Shown here: positions 30,015 through 39,800 of the stretch, piece after piece
How the letters are laid out: each line of letters opens with the position of its first letter
Numbering within the stretch: position 1 is the stretch's first letter
DNA from: a virus
Length of the DNA stretch: 64,000 nucleotides
Reading direction: 5' to 3' (one strand)
Virus record (IMG/VR): IMGVR_UViG_3300022602_000067
Location: 17,013-81,012 of that record
Position numbers and translations under genes: made by a program
Notes under the pieces: model-generated
Seen by the model: the letters and a program-made list of their open reading frames with translations, nothing else
Told to the model about the DNA's origin: nothing
Databases searched by the model: none

Positions 30015-30044
30015 TATTTAGCTGGCAACAGCTAACGATAAATA
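30015..30044. promoter_or_regulatory. back-to-back late promoters (TAAATA on both strands)
   Basis: Minus TAAATA 30015-30020; plus TAAATA 30039-30044. Confidence 0.65.
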
Positions 30045-30085
30045 TCATATGTCATATAATTGCAAAGTTATGTTAGGAGTTTAAC

Positions 30086-31531
30086 GTGCCCAGACTCTCC
30101 CTATACAAACCAGAAAAAGGCAACGATTATTACTTTATTGATCGCCAAGCCAACGAAATGTTCACCCTGGGTGGAACAGATGTGTATCTGCACAAATATC
30201 TAGGTGCAAATACATCGGCCGAAAATGCCACTGCTGATCAGCCTAATTACGTCAGCAATCAGGTTGCTAACATTCAAGATTTGCTATTTTTAGAAAATCG
30301 AGACGGCACCTACGATACAACAATTTACAAATTACGCGGTATCTACAACGTACAGAATATTGATTTTAATATCAGTCAATTTGGACTGTTTATTGATAAC
30401 GATACACTCTATATGACTGTGCATATCAATAATTTTATTAGACTAGTGGGTCGTAAACCTATTAGCGGAGATGTTATAGAACTGCCGCATCTACGAGAAA
30501 ATTTTGCACTTAATGACTTATCAATTGGCCTGCCAAGATATTATGTTATTGAAGATGTAGGTCGTGCATCAGAAGGATTTAGCGTCACTTGGTATCCTCA
30601 TTTGTATAGATTAAAAATTAAAAAAATAGTTGATAGCCAGAAATTTGCCAGTATCTTTAATCAGACGGCGCTGGATGCTAATGGAGATCCTACTAACTTG
30701 ACTCTTAGAGATCTTCTGAGTACCTATAATAAAGAGTTGTCAATTAATAATCAAGTTGTTGCGCAGGCAGAAGCAGATGCTCCTAAAAGCGGTTACGAAA
30801 CACGTCAATACTATACACTAGCGGTAGATCCTGCTACGGGTAAACCATTGCTTGAAACTACTGATACTGATAATGTATTGGCTAGCGATACCAGTGAACG
30901 AGCTAGCGGAGTAAATGCTGTTCCCCAGCGTAGTGGTTATACAGGATATCTCTTAGGAGATGGATTTCCTGTTAATGGCTACGAATTTGGATTTGGTATA
31001 CAGTTTCCGGAAAATCCTGTAAACAACGATTTCTTCCTACGTGTAGATATGCTACCCAATCGACTCTACAGATATGAAAGCTCGGGTAGTATATGGGTGG
31101 CTGTTGAAGATTCAGTAAGGATGACCATGACTCAAACAGATACTAGAGCAACACAAAAAACTGGATTTATTAACAATGATAATTACACATATTTTGATGC
31201 AGTTACAGCTGATTATGTTACCCTAGCACAAGGTGCAACGACTGTACCTACGATTATTCCTCCCGGAACAGTTGGACTATATCTAGTATTAAAATACGAA
31301 GTGGCTATGCTACAATTCGTTGTAGCAGATAATCCAAACTTGCTAACTACATATCAATATGTTAATCCAGCCGGTATGACCAGTACTATGACCCAGATAA
31401 ATTTGCCAGTTACTAACGGAGTACAAACTACAATTCCATATGCAGGTCAATGGACTGTAACATTCTATAATGATAGAATAAACGAGCGACAAAGTCTTAG
31501 CAAGGCACTTAAACCAAGGGCAGATCTATAA
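30086..31531 (+). CDS. gp14: neck/head-closure protein (gp14-like), extended
   Basis: GTDVYLHKY, DLLFLENRD, SQFGL, GDVIELPHL; GTG start with AGGAG. Confidence 0.65.
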   Translation: MPRLSLYKPEKGNDYYFIDRQANEMFTLGGTDVYLHKYLGANTSAENATADQPNYVSNQVANIQDLLFLENRDGTYDTTIYKLRGIYNVQNIDFNISQFGLFIDNDTLYMTVHINNFIRLVGRKPISGDVIELPHLRENFALNDLSIGLPRYYVIEDVGRASEGFSVTWYPHLYRLKIKKIVDSQKFASIFNQTALDANGDPTNLTLRDLLSTYNKELSINNQVVAQAEADAPKSGYETRQYYTLAVDPATGKPLLETTDTDNVLASDTSERASGVNAVPQRSGYTGYLLGDGFPVNGYEFGFGIQFPENPVNNDFFLRVDMLPNRLYRYESSGSIWVAVEDSVRMTMTQTDTRATQKTGFINNDNYTYFDAVTADYVTLAQGATTVPTIIPPGTVGLYLVLKYEVAMLQFVVADNPNLLTTYQYVNPAGMTSTMTQINLPVTNGVQTTIPYAGQWTVTFYNDRINERQSLSKALKPRADL

Positions 31532-32982
31532 TGGAATTTTTTTATGATGGTCAAGTAAGACGTTATATTACACAGACTATTCGCGTGTTCAGTAACTTTT
31601 TAGTGAAATACGGTGATGGTACGCTGGTTAGAATTCCTGTCATGTATGGCGATGTTGACAGGCAAGTAGCTAATATTATCGCTCAAAATAGCTCAGGCAA
31701 TGCGGTAAGCAATGTTCCTAGGATTGCTGTATATGTAACTTCACTAGCCCTAGACCGAGATCGGTTAGCAGATGCTACCTACGTAGGCAAAGTTAATATT
31801 AGAGAGCGTGATGTAACTGGCGCAAGCTATAACAATGCACAGGGTCGACAATACACTGTAGAGAGATTAATGCCTACCCCATTCAAACTTACTATGAAAG
31901 TTGATATATGGAGTTCTAGCACCGAACAAAAACTACAGATCCTTGAACAGATATTAGTATTATTCAATCCCAGTTTAGAACTACAGACAAATGATAATTA
32001 TCTTGATTGGACCAGTCTTACAGTTCTTAATCTTAATGACATAACATGGGACAGCAAAACAGTCCCGGTAGGAAACGATACACCCATTTCTATAGCTAGT
32101 CTAACAGTAGATACACCTATATGGATCAATCCTCCCGCCAAGGTCAAGCATCTCGGAGTTATTACAAAAATTATTACCAGCTTGTATGGATCATCTTCTA
32201 CGACTGGAAACTATATAGAAGGACTAGGCAGTGATCCGTTAGCAGGCACTACATCTCTAACTGATTTTATCGACTTAACTGTTACTACTGTTGGGCAAAA
32301 TAGCATTGAAGTATACGGAAACACGGTAATTCTACTAAATCCTCATGAAAGCGTATTACCTAACGAGCCTACTATGGATCCCGCTCCAACTCGCCAGGGT
32401 GCGCCTTTGAGTTGGTTACAGTTTTTTGCTAGCAGTGGCGGTAAATATGTAGCAGGTAGCAGTATGATTTATCTACTTCAACCTAATGGGTCTTATGTAG
32501 TGGGCACATTTGCTGTAAACCCTTTAGATGATACTAGTCTAACCGTAAGTTGGAATCCGGATACATTGACTACAAACACTGGTATCGATAGTGCAGGTAT
32601 AATTGAAGGCGCAGTAGGATATAATGGAAATGGAAGTTATAGATCTAATAGTCCTGGTACGTTTGATGCTATAATTAATCCGTTAACATACGTTCCACAG
32701 AATGTAGTAGCAGGTACACGTTATCTTATTATTGAAGATATAGGTAATGTTAGCAATGTAACTCCTGCGGCGGCGTGGGGTAGCCTTGTAGCACATGCCA
32801 ATGACATTATCGAATGGACCGGAACAGCATGGCATGTTATTTTCAATTCTAGTCAAGAAACTACTACAATGATGTGGCAAACTAATATATACACTGGAGT
32901 TCAGTACTTGTGGAATGGGGTTTCATGGGTCAAGAGCTACGAAGGTGAATATAGTCCGGACAAATGGAAAATAGTACTATAA
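31531..32982 (+). CDS. gp15: tail sheath stabilizer/terminator (gp15-like)
   Basis: FFYDGQVRRYI, IPVMYG, MPTPF, QILEQILVLFNP. Confidence 0.8.
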   Translation: MEFFYDGQVRRYITQTIRVFSNFLVKYGDGTLVRIPVMYGDVDRQVANIIAQNSSGNAVSNVPRIAVYVTSLALDRDRLADATYVGKVNIRERDVTGASYNNAQGRQYTVERLMPTPFKLTMKVDIWSSSTEQKLQILEQILVLFNPSLELQTNDNYLDWTSLTVLNLNDITWDSKTVPVGNDTPISIASLTVDTPIWINPPAKVKHLGVITKIITSLYGSSSTTGNYIEGLGSDPLAGTTSLTDFIDLTVTTVGQNSIEVYGNTVILLNPHESVLPNEPTMDPAPTRQGAPLSWLQFFASSGGKYVAGSSMIYLLQPNGSYVVGTFAVNPLDDTSLTVSWNPDTLTTNTGIDSAGIIEGAVGYNGNGSYRSNSPGTFDAIINPLTYVPQNVVAGTRYLIIEDIGNVSNVTPAAAWGSLVAHANDIIEWTGTAWHVIFNSSQETTTMMWQTNIYTGVQYLWNGVSWVKSYEGEYSPDKWKIVL

Positions 32983-33413
32983 AAGAACAAATAGTATGTA
33001 GCGGTGCATTATTTTATGCTAAATCTACAAGTCGTTTCTTACTACTACAAAAAGCTCATGGAAAACACGAAGGCACATGGGGACTAGTAGGAGGTACGAA
33101 TGTTACAGGTGAAACACCTTGGCAGGGATTACAGCGCGAAATTCAAGAAGAAATTGGCTGTATTCCTGAAATAATCAAGACGATTCCTTTAGAAACATTT
33201 GTATCAAATGATCGCGTGTTTAACTTTCACACTTATCTTTGTGTCATAGAACAAGAATTTGTTCCTGTGCTTAGTGATGAACACTATGGATGGGCATGGG
33301 CTACTGTGGACCGCGCACCTAAACCTTTGCATCAAGGACTACGTAATAGTTTTAGTTCAAAGACTATTCGTACAAAACTTCAAACAGTCTTTGATGTAGT
33401 TGATTTAATGTAA
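32964..33413 (+). CDS. Nudix hydrolase
   Basis: Nudix box GTNVTGETPWQGLQREIQEEIG. Confidence 0.9.
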   Translation: MENSTIKEQIVCSGALFYAKSTSRFLLLQKAHGKHEGTWGLVGGTNVTGETPWQGLQREIQEEIGCIPEIIKTIPLETFVSNDRVFNFHTYLCVIEQEFVPVLSDEHYGWAWATVDRAPKPLHQGLRNSFSSKTIRTKLQTVFDVVDLM

Positions 33414-33872
33414 TGTAGGTTTGTCGTCACCAAATTGATCCATTCCGGCATCTTCCAACTCGTCTTCGATATCTTCAAGATCCTCATCACCTAGAGCTTC
33501 GGCAACATTTTCGGGCTCAAATGTTTTATGTCCGTCCGCTTCAGGATCTACTTCAAATGTGACAAATCGAATAAAATGAAAGAAAAAATCCTTTAATTCT
33601 TGAACGTCATCATCTGTAGCATCAGTTATGCCATTATATTCAATAAATTCACGAACTTTATTATCTAACAGTACAGATTTAACTTGTGGGAAAAACCAAG
33701 TGAAGTGTTTTTCATTTTTATAAATTACATGAACACCAACCTTTGCTAATTCTTCAGGGTCTTCGATTTTTTCTTCAGGTCCAAACCATTCAGCCGCCCA
33801 GGCTGTACTGAGGCCGCCTGCGTCGTCGGCTTCTTCTTTCCAATCTTCGATGGTAATATTATCGTTGTTCAT
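33405..33872 (-). CDS. acidic hypothetical protein
   Basis: 155 aa, GGAG SD, TAAATA at 33893-33898. Confidence 0.7.
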   Translation of the reverse strand: MNNDNITIEDWKEEADDAGGLSTAWAAEWFGPEEKIEDPEELAKVGVHVIYKNEKHFTWFFPQVKSVLLDNKVREFIEYNGITDATDDDVQELKDFFFHFIRFVTFEVDPEADGHKTFEPENVAEALGDEDLEDIEDELEDAGMDQFGDDKPTLH

Positions 33873-33941
33873 GTATTCTCCAGTAGTGCAGTTATTTAAT
33901 TCTATCTAAACTAAGTACATTACAAAACTGAAGGAACTGCT

Positions 33942-34247
33942 ATGTTTTCAAGGATACAAGATTTAGATAGATACAAAGCTGATTGTACACGATTTACCTT
34001 AGGAATACAAGGACAATCGGGCGAAATTGCAGAAGAAGGTCAACAATTATTTGAAACTCTTAAATCTGCTGTTGTAGATTTTGATAATACCACTATGGGA
34101 CTAATTAAAAAACAAGAAAGTGGAGCACATTTGGATCATGTTAGTGCGCAAGAATATGTACACCGAGCAAAAACCAATATGGAAACGTGGATGATGCGAT
34201 ATGCTCCTAACACTCACGTGGAAGTCTTGCCAGAAACGGCTAAATAA
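33942..34247 (+). CDS. hypothetical protein
   Basis: 101 aa helical, AAGGA SD, TAAGTA at 33912-33917. Confidence 0.65.
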   Translation: MFSRIQDLDRYKADCTRFTLGIQGQSGEIAEEGQQLFETLKSAVVDFDNTTMGLIKKQESGAHLDHVSAQEYVHRAKTNMETWMMRYAPNTHVEVLPETAK

Positions 34248-34270
34248 TAGCAATAAGCGGAGATTCTCAC

Positions 34271-36760
34271 ATGGCTATTCAAACACAAACCGGTGCCAGC
34301 AATGCAAACGTTCTAGGAGCAGGTCTTCCTGTTGTGGGCGGGGACCAACAAGGCGCAAATTTAATCATAAGATCCAACAGCACACCAGTCAAGGGTGCGG
34401 TTATATTTGACGAACTTACACCAAGTTTTGGGCCCAATAGTGGTGCAATTCAGACTAACGGTGGTGTTGGTGTACTGAACAATGTAAGCGTAGGCGGGCA
34501 ATTTATTAACATGCCCAACGGTTACAGTGTAAACAATGTTATGATTCCACCAGGTCAAGGTGGTGATTATAGAGGGTACTTTGGCCTAGTAGGTTGTGTA
34601 TCAGGAACACAATCTGGTACTGTGGTTACAGTAACATTTGCTACTCAAACAGTACCTCCATTTTATATCGGTCAAACTGTTACAATAGCCGCTGCCGCTC
34701 CTTCCGCATATAATTCCCCATGGGTGGTTACCAGTTGCAGTACTAGTACTTTTACTTTCACAGCTAACGCAAGCTCTGTTGGTACTATGACCACACTAGG
34801 ATATGCTTATGCAGTATTAGGCGGTGGTTCTACTAGCCCTGCTATAACTTTCCAGAATAATACAAATACTCAAACTTTACAAAATAACATTAACGATATT
34901 GCGTATGCAGTTGCTAATACCAACGTTCAAACATTTGTAATTACAGCAGTAACTACTGGTACAATAACTTTTGCCAACGGTACTGGTAATATTCCTCCAT
35001 TTATTGTAGGACAATATTTCCTAGTTAGTAACTTAACTCCAACTGGTTACAACGGTTGGTGGCTATGTACTGCTAGTACAACTACTACAGTAAGTGCTAC
35101 AATGGGCGGTTCAGGTGCAAGTGGCTTTGTTGCTGGTGCAGGAACTGTTAGTTGCGGATACGTGGTTGGCACTAGCATTATTAATCCTGGAAGCGGTTAT
35201 ACACAACCTCCACAGATTACATTTGCTGAACCCACTACAACTGCTAGTTCTTTGTGGTTTGCTAATATGCAGGGACAGCTTGCTCCTGCTGCCATTCCGC
35301 AAACTATTACATTAAACGGATTTACAACTATCGGTGCCGTAAGCACAGTAGTAACTCCTAGTATTACAAACATCAACGGTCAAACTGTTACTGTTTCATC
35401 GTCTAGCACTTTATATCCAGGACAACCAGTTCTAATCAGCGGCTTGACAGCTGGTCAAAGTGCTACAACAGGCATGTATAATCAATTATACTATGTAGTG
35501 GGCTATCCAGGTCCAGGTACAACAGTTAACCTTGCTATTAATCCAACCAACGCATTGTGGGGTATTATTATAACATTTACAGGCGGTAGTCAAAGTGTTT
35601 CAGCTACAATGACTAGTCAGATTACACAAGCTATGAGCAACGGTTTCGCTTACTTTGGTTGGAGTTCGATAGGATCAGGTACTCCATTTTTCCCAGGACA
35701 ATTGATTAATATTTCTGGTACTAATGCTAACGGTAGTATTCCTAACTTCTACAACCAAACATGGCAGGTTTACTATGCTACAAACACCCAAGTATGGATC
35801 CAAACAACTTATACACAAAGTTTGAGTGCTAACCAAGGAACGATAACTACGCAAGGCACTAACGTGCCACAGATGTTTATCAGAGCTCCTCAGACCAGCA
35901 GTCCTTATGCAATCTACTACTATCAAGTAACTTATCCTGGTTATCTAAGCTCTACAGTGCCAAGTCATACATATGGTCTTCAGATCAACGGATCTGCCGG
36001 ATTGTTGTATGTAGGACAAGTAGCACAAGGATATCCTGTTCTAGGCTATAGCGGTATAATTACCCAAGGTGCAGTACATCAAGTTGGCTGTGTAGTTAAT
36101 ATTGTCATTACTAATGCCGGTAGTGGTTACACTGGAGTAAGTGCTCCCGTAGTATTATTAAGCCGCCCAGATGTGCCAGGTGGCCGTCAAGCCCAGGCAA
36201 TTTGTACAGTATCTAGTGGTGCAATTACTACAATACAAGTAACAGACCAAGGTTCCGGTTATTTGAATCCACCATCTGTTACATTTATATCAGCTGGTAG
36301 TACTGGAACAGGAGCTACAGCAGTTGCAGTGATTGGAAATCCTGGTGAAAAACCAATTGTAAGTTCTATGCCAATAGCTACAATACCGGCAAACACATAC
36401 GTTCTAGACTTTGGTTTAACCGGACACAACGTGGTATTTTTGAATACAGGTACTAACTCTACAGTGTATTTTGATAACTTAGCTAACAGCGGTGGTACTC
36501 CATATTCTAAGGGATTTCCGTTAGGACGTAGAGTTATTATGTATGTTAAAAATACATCAGGCTCGTCAATCACAATTACATTTAGTAACTTGCTAAGTGC
36601 TAATGCCGGAAGTACTGGTAATGCTCCTGTAATTACAGCTAACCACATACTTAAAGCAGAATTTATTGTTCTAAGTCAGGGTAATTCATTTAATCAATCT
36701 GGTGCTAGTTATGCTGGTGGAAGTGTTAATGATGTGTATGCTACATTTACACTAACCTAA
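34271..36760 (+). CDS. modular virion structural/fibre protein
   Basis: TAAATA 34241-34246, GGAG SD; repeated PFxxG...YN..W and TNxGSGY modules. Confidence 0.75.
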   Translation: MAIQTQTGASNANVLGAGLPVVGGDQQGANLIIRSNSTPVKGAVIFDELTPSFGPNSGAIQTNGGVGVLNNVSVGGQFINMPNGYSVNNVMIPPGQGGDYRGYFGLVGCVSGTQSGTVVTVTFATQTVPPFYIGQTVTIAAAAPSAYNSPWVVTSCSTSTFTFTANASSVGTMTTLGYAYAVLGGGSTSPAITFQNNTNTQTLQNNINDIAYAVANTNVQTFVITAVTTGTITFANGTGNIPPFIVGQYFLVSNLTPTGYNGWWLCTASTTTTVSATMGGSGASGFVAGAGTVSCGYVVGTSIINPGSGYTQPPQITFAEPTTTASSLWFANMQGQLAPAAIPQTITLNGFTTIGAVSTVVTPSITNINGQTVTVSSSSTLYPGQPVLISGLTAGQSATTGMYNQLYYVVGYPGPGTTVNLAINPTNALWGIIITFTGGSQSVSATMTSQITQAMSNGFAYFGWSSIGSGTPFFPGQLINISGTNANGSIPNFYNQTWQVYYATNTQVWIQTTYTQSLSANQGTITTQGTNVPQMFIRAPQTSSPYAIYYYQVTYPGYLSSTVPSHTYGLQINGSAGLLYVGQVAQGYPVLGYSGIITQGAVHQVGCVVNIVITNAGSGYTGVSAPVVLLSRPDVPGGRQAQAICTVSSGAITTIQVTDQGSGYLNPPSVTFISAGSTGTGATAVAVIGNPGEKPIVSSMPIATIPANTYVLDFGLTGHNVVFLNTGTNSTVYFDNLANSGGTPYSKGFPLGRRVIMYVKNTSGSSITITFSNLLSANAGSTGNAPVITANHILKAEFIVLSQGNSFNQSGASYAGGSVNDVYATFTLT

Positions 36761-36774
36761 TATCAATAAACTAA

Positions 36775-36804
36775 ACAAAAACCCGCCTTAGGCGGGTTTT
36801 TTGT
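36775..36804 (+). terminator. intrinsic terminator (possibly bidirectional)
   Basis: AAAAACCCGCC-TTA-GGCGGGTTTTT. Confidence 0.85.
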
Positions 36805-36841
36805 TGACTTAAATTTACTTTGGTATAGATCGTAGAGTCAC

Positions 36842-36866
36842 AAAAAAAGCACCTTGCGGTGCTTTT
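36842..36866 (-). terminator. intrinsic terminator (possibly bidirectional)
   Basis: AAAAGCACC-GCAA-GGTGCTTTTTTT on the minus strand. Confidence 0.85.
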
Positions 36867-36883
36867 CTTGTATAAGCGTAGTA

Positions 36884-39800
36884 TTACGCTTGTGCTTCTG
36901 TCCATGAAATACGACTGAAGATCTGGTTAGCATACTGAGTGCTTAGGTTAGTAGCAAACACAGTGATAACGTCTGGACCGTCTGGGAACACGCCGTCACC
37001 ACCATATACGCTGTTACCTAGATCCTTAACAACTGTTAAGTCTGCGCTAGTATCAGTAAAGAATGTACCACCTGATGCGTTAGCGTAGAAAGCAACAACA
37101 ATATCACCACCAGTTACGATATCACTTGGGTTGTGATAGATAACCTGACTTAATGAACCTGAACCAACAACGTTAGCTGTCCATAGTGCAGGAGTAAACA
37201 CTGTACTTGCACAGTTATACTTGACTGTTACCAAGAATGGTCCAGCGTTGAATACGTCCATCTGATACAAGTTTGCCTGCATACGCATAATAATATCACG
37301 TACACCAAAGTTACGAGCAAAACCGTTTGAAGCACTTGGGCTAACACGGATACTAATCAACGGACTAGTCTGGTTAGGCTGTACAACTGCGGCTGTTGAA
37401 CGTGGTGTAGTAAACACGTATGATTTATCGCTATCGTAACGTCCGTCCATAATACATGAAACACCCCAGTGTTGTACGTTTGGAGCCAACATTATTGTTG
37501 TGTTCCATACGTTTGACAATGGATTACCTGAGTTATTGTAGTTATAGTGAACGCTTGCTGTTGAAATACCACGGTTAACAATGTTAATCACCATCGATCC
37601 ACTGCTAGTTGCTAGTGTATCAACATAGATTGTTGTACCGCTGAAACCAATAATACGAACGTTTAGATATCCAAAGTTAGTTACACCTTGTATAACCATA
37701 CCAATAGCAATATTACTGGTATAACCAGCTGTTACGTTGGTAATTTGGTTTGTACCGATTAGTGTAGTACCCGAAACTGCGTTACCTGTGTTGATATAGC
37801 TAACTGCTGTCGATTCACGGAATGCACCAGTTAGTTGGTTAGCACCAATAATAACTGTAGGAGCACTAGTATATCCATAACCACCGTTAGTTACTACTAC
37901 GCTTGTTACAGAACCGTTAACTACGATTGCCTTAGCAATACAACCTGCTCCACCACCACCAGCGATTGTTACTGGAGGGCTACTTGTGTAACCAAGTCCA
38001 CCGCTAGTAATAGCTATCGATTGTACAGAACCGTTTGCAACAGATACTGTACCAACTGTAGCTACTGCTGTCAGACCGTTTACGCCGGTTGCCCAAGGAG
38101 CCGCAGTACTTTGAGCACCGTATGGATAAGCGATGTTCTGAGTCACAGCATCTGGATTTCCAGTTGTAGACTGTGTAGTAGTTGCGGCAACGCCTGTGTA
38201 GTAGAAAATCTCACCGTCGATATTAACTTCACCATGAGTTGATTGGTTCAACGCTTGTGTACTTGGAATAAAGAAACGACTTGCATCATACACGTTGATA
38301 GTTCCAAATGTTGGACTTGCGCTCATCACATAACCAGTTGCATTGATTTGAGTTGTTAATGGGCTACGAGCACCTGTATTAACAACTTCAAAACGACCTG
38401 GTAGGTTACCTGAGCGTTGGAAGGCCAAGTATTCACGGTTACCGTGTTGTACTTTGTGTGCATATTGAATGTCACCGTTGATTGTACGAGCACCCCAACG
38501 GATGAAACCTGCTCCATACCAGCTGTAGTCGATATAGATCATCTGGATCTTTGTAAGATCCATGTTAAATCCTGAAGGACCTGTACCGTCGAATGAATCT
38601 AGGTTAAATTGGTATTGTGGAACACGTAGTTCACGCACATGATATTTCTTAACAGCAACATCTTCACCAAACATCTTAGTAGTACCGTACACACTGATCA
38701 CAGTTGATGCAGATACAGTTGCGGCTGTTTGATATGTTAGTGTAGTTGATGTAATAGCAGTAACTGGCCACATACCGTTAGCGTTGGTTGATGTTGCGCC
38801 TGTTACAAATATACGTGAGCCAAACACGATGTTTACGCCTGAGCTAATACCGCTACCTGTTAGACCTTGTGTAGTAGTAAACGGTGTATACAACTGGACT
38901 ACGTTAGTGCTTGTATTAATTCCAATAACAAACGTGTTAATTGGAATGTTAGTATTGGCTGTTGTAGTTACAAAGCTACCAATCTGGATGCCGTTAACGT
39001 TGTTCATTGTTAAGAATGTACTACTTGCTGAACTTGAACTGCTTGTCTGGATTGTAATCGCATACAAACTCAAGTTAGGAGCAAATGTCAATGTAGTACT
39101 ATTAGACACAGAAGTTGTAATACCTGTGTTAAGAATAACACCTGTACCTGCCGCTGCCAAACCAGCAACAACCGCGTTTCCTGGAACACCAGTACCAGTA
39201 ATGGTCATACCAGGACTAATACCATATGTTGTGTTTAGAGCGATAACGTTGGTAGTTGTTGTGTATAAGCTAGCCGCTGTATAACCTGGAACAGTACCAA
39301 TTAACAATGTAGTGGTAGTTGTTGTTGCAGTCAACCCTTGGTTGATGTACAACTGGATAGTAATTGTTGCGCCTGAGCTGTTGGCTGTGTTAGTGAATGA
39401 ACTTACCTGTGTACCGTTTGGAACAATACCTTGTGCCATTGTACCGGCGATAACGTTCATACCAGATGCTGGACTGTAGAAGAAGTCGATTGTACTACCA
39501 CTTGCTACACCACTTAGCATACCCTGTGTCAATGGAATTACTGTTGCGCTTGAGCCTGGAATATAAGTTGAGCTGACAAAAGTTCCGCTAGGTGTTGAAC
39601 CAGCCGCTGTACAAATAACCAACATACCTGGAACAATCGCACCGCTGTTAGTACTTGTAACTGTTACAGAAGTTGCGTTAGCTAAAGCAGATGCACTTAA
39701 TGTAGTACTCCAAGTTCTTGAAATTGTACCTGCGATCTGATATGCACCTGCTACACCGATACCGCCTGTACCAGCTGTACCTGTACCAGCTAGAGCTGTA

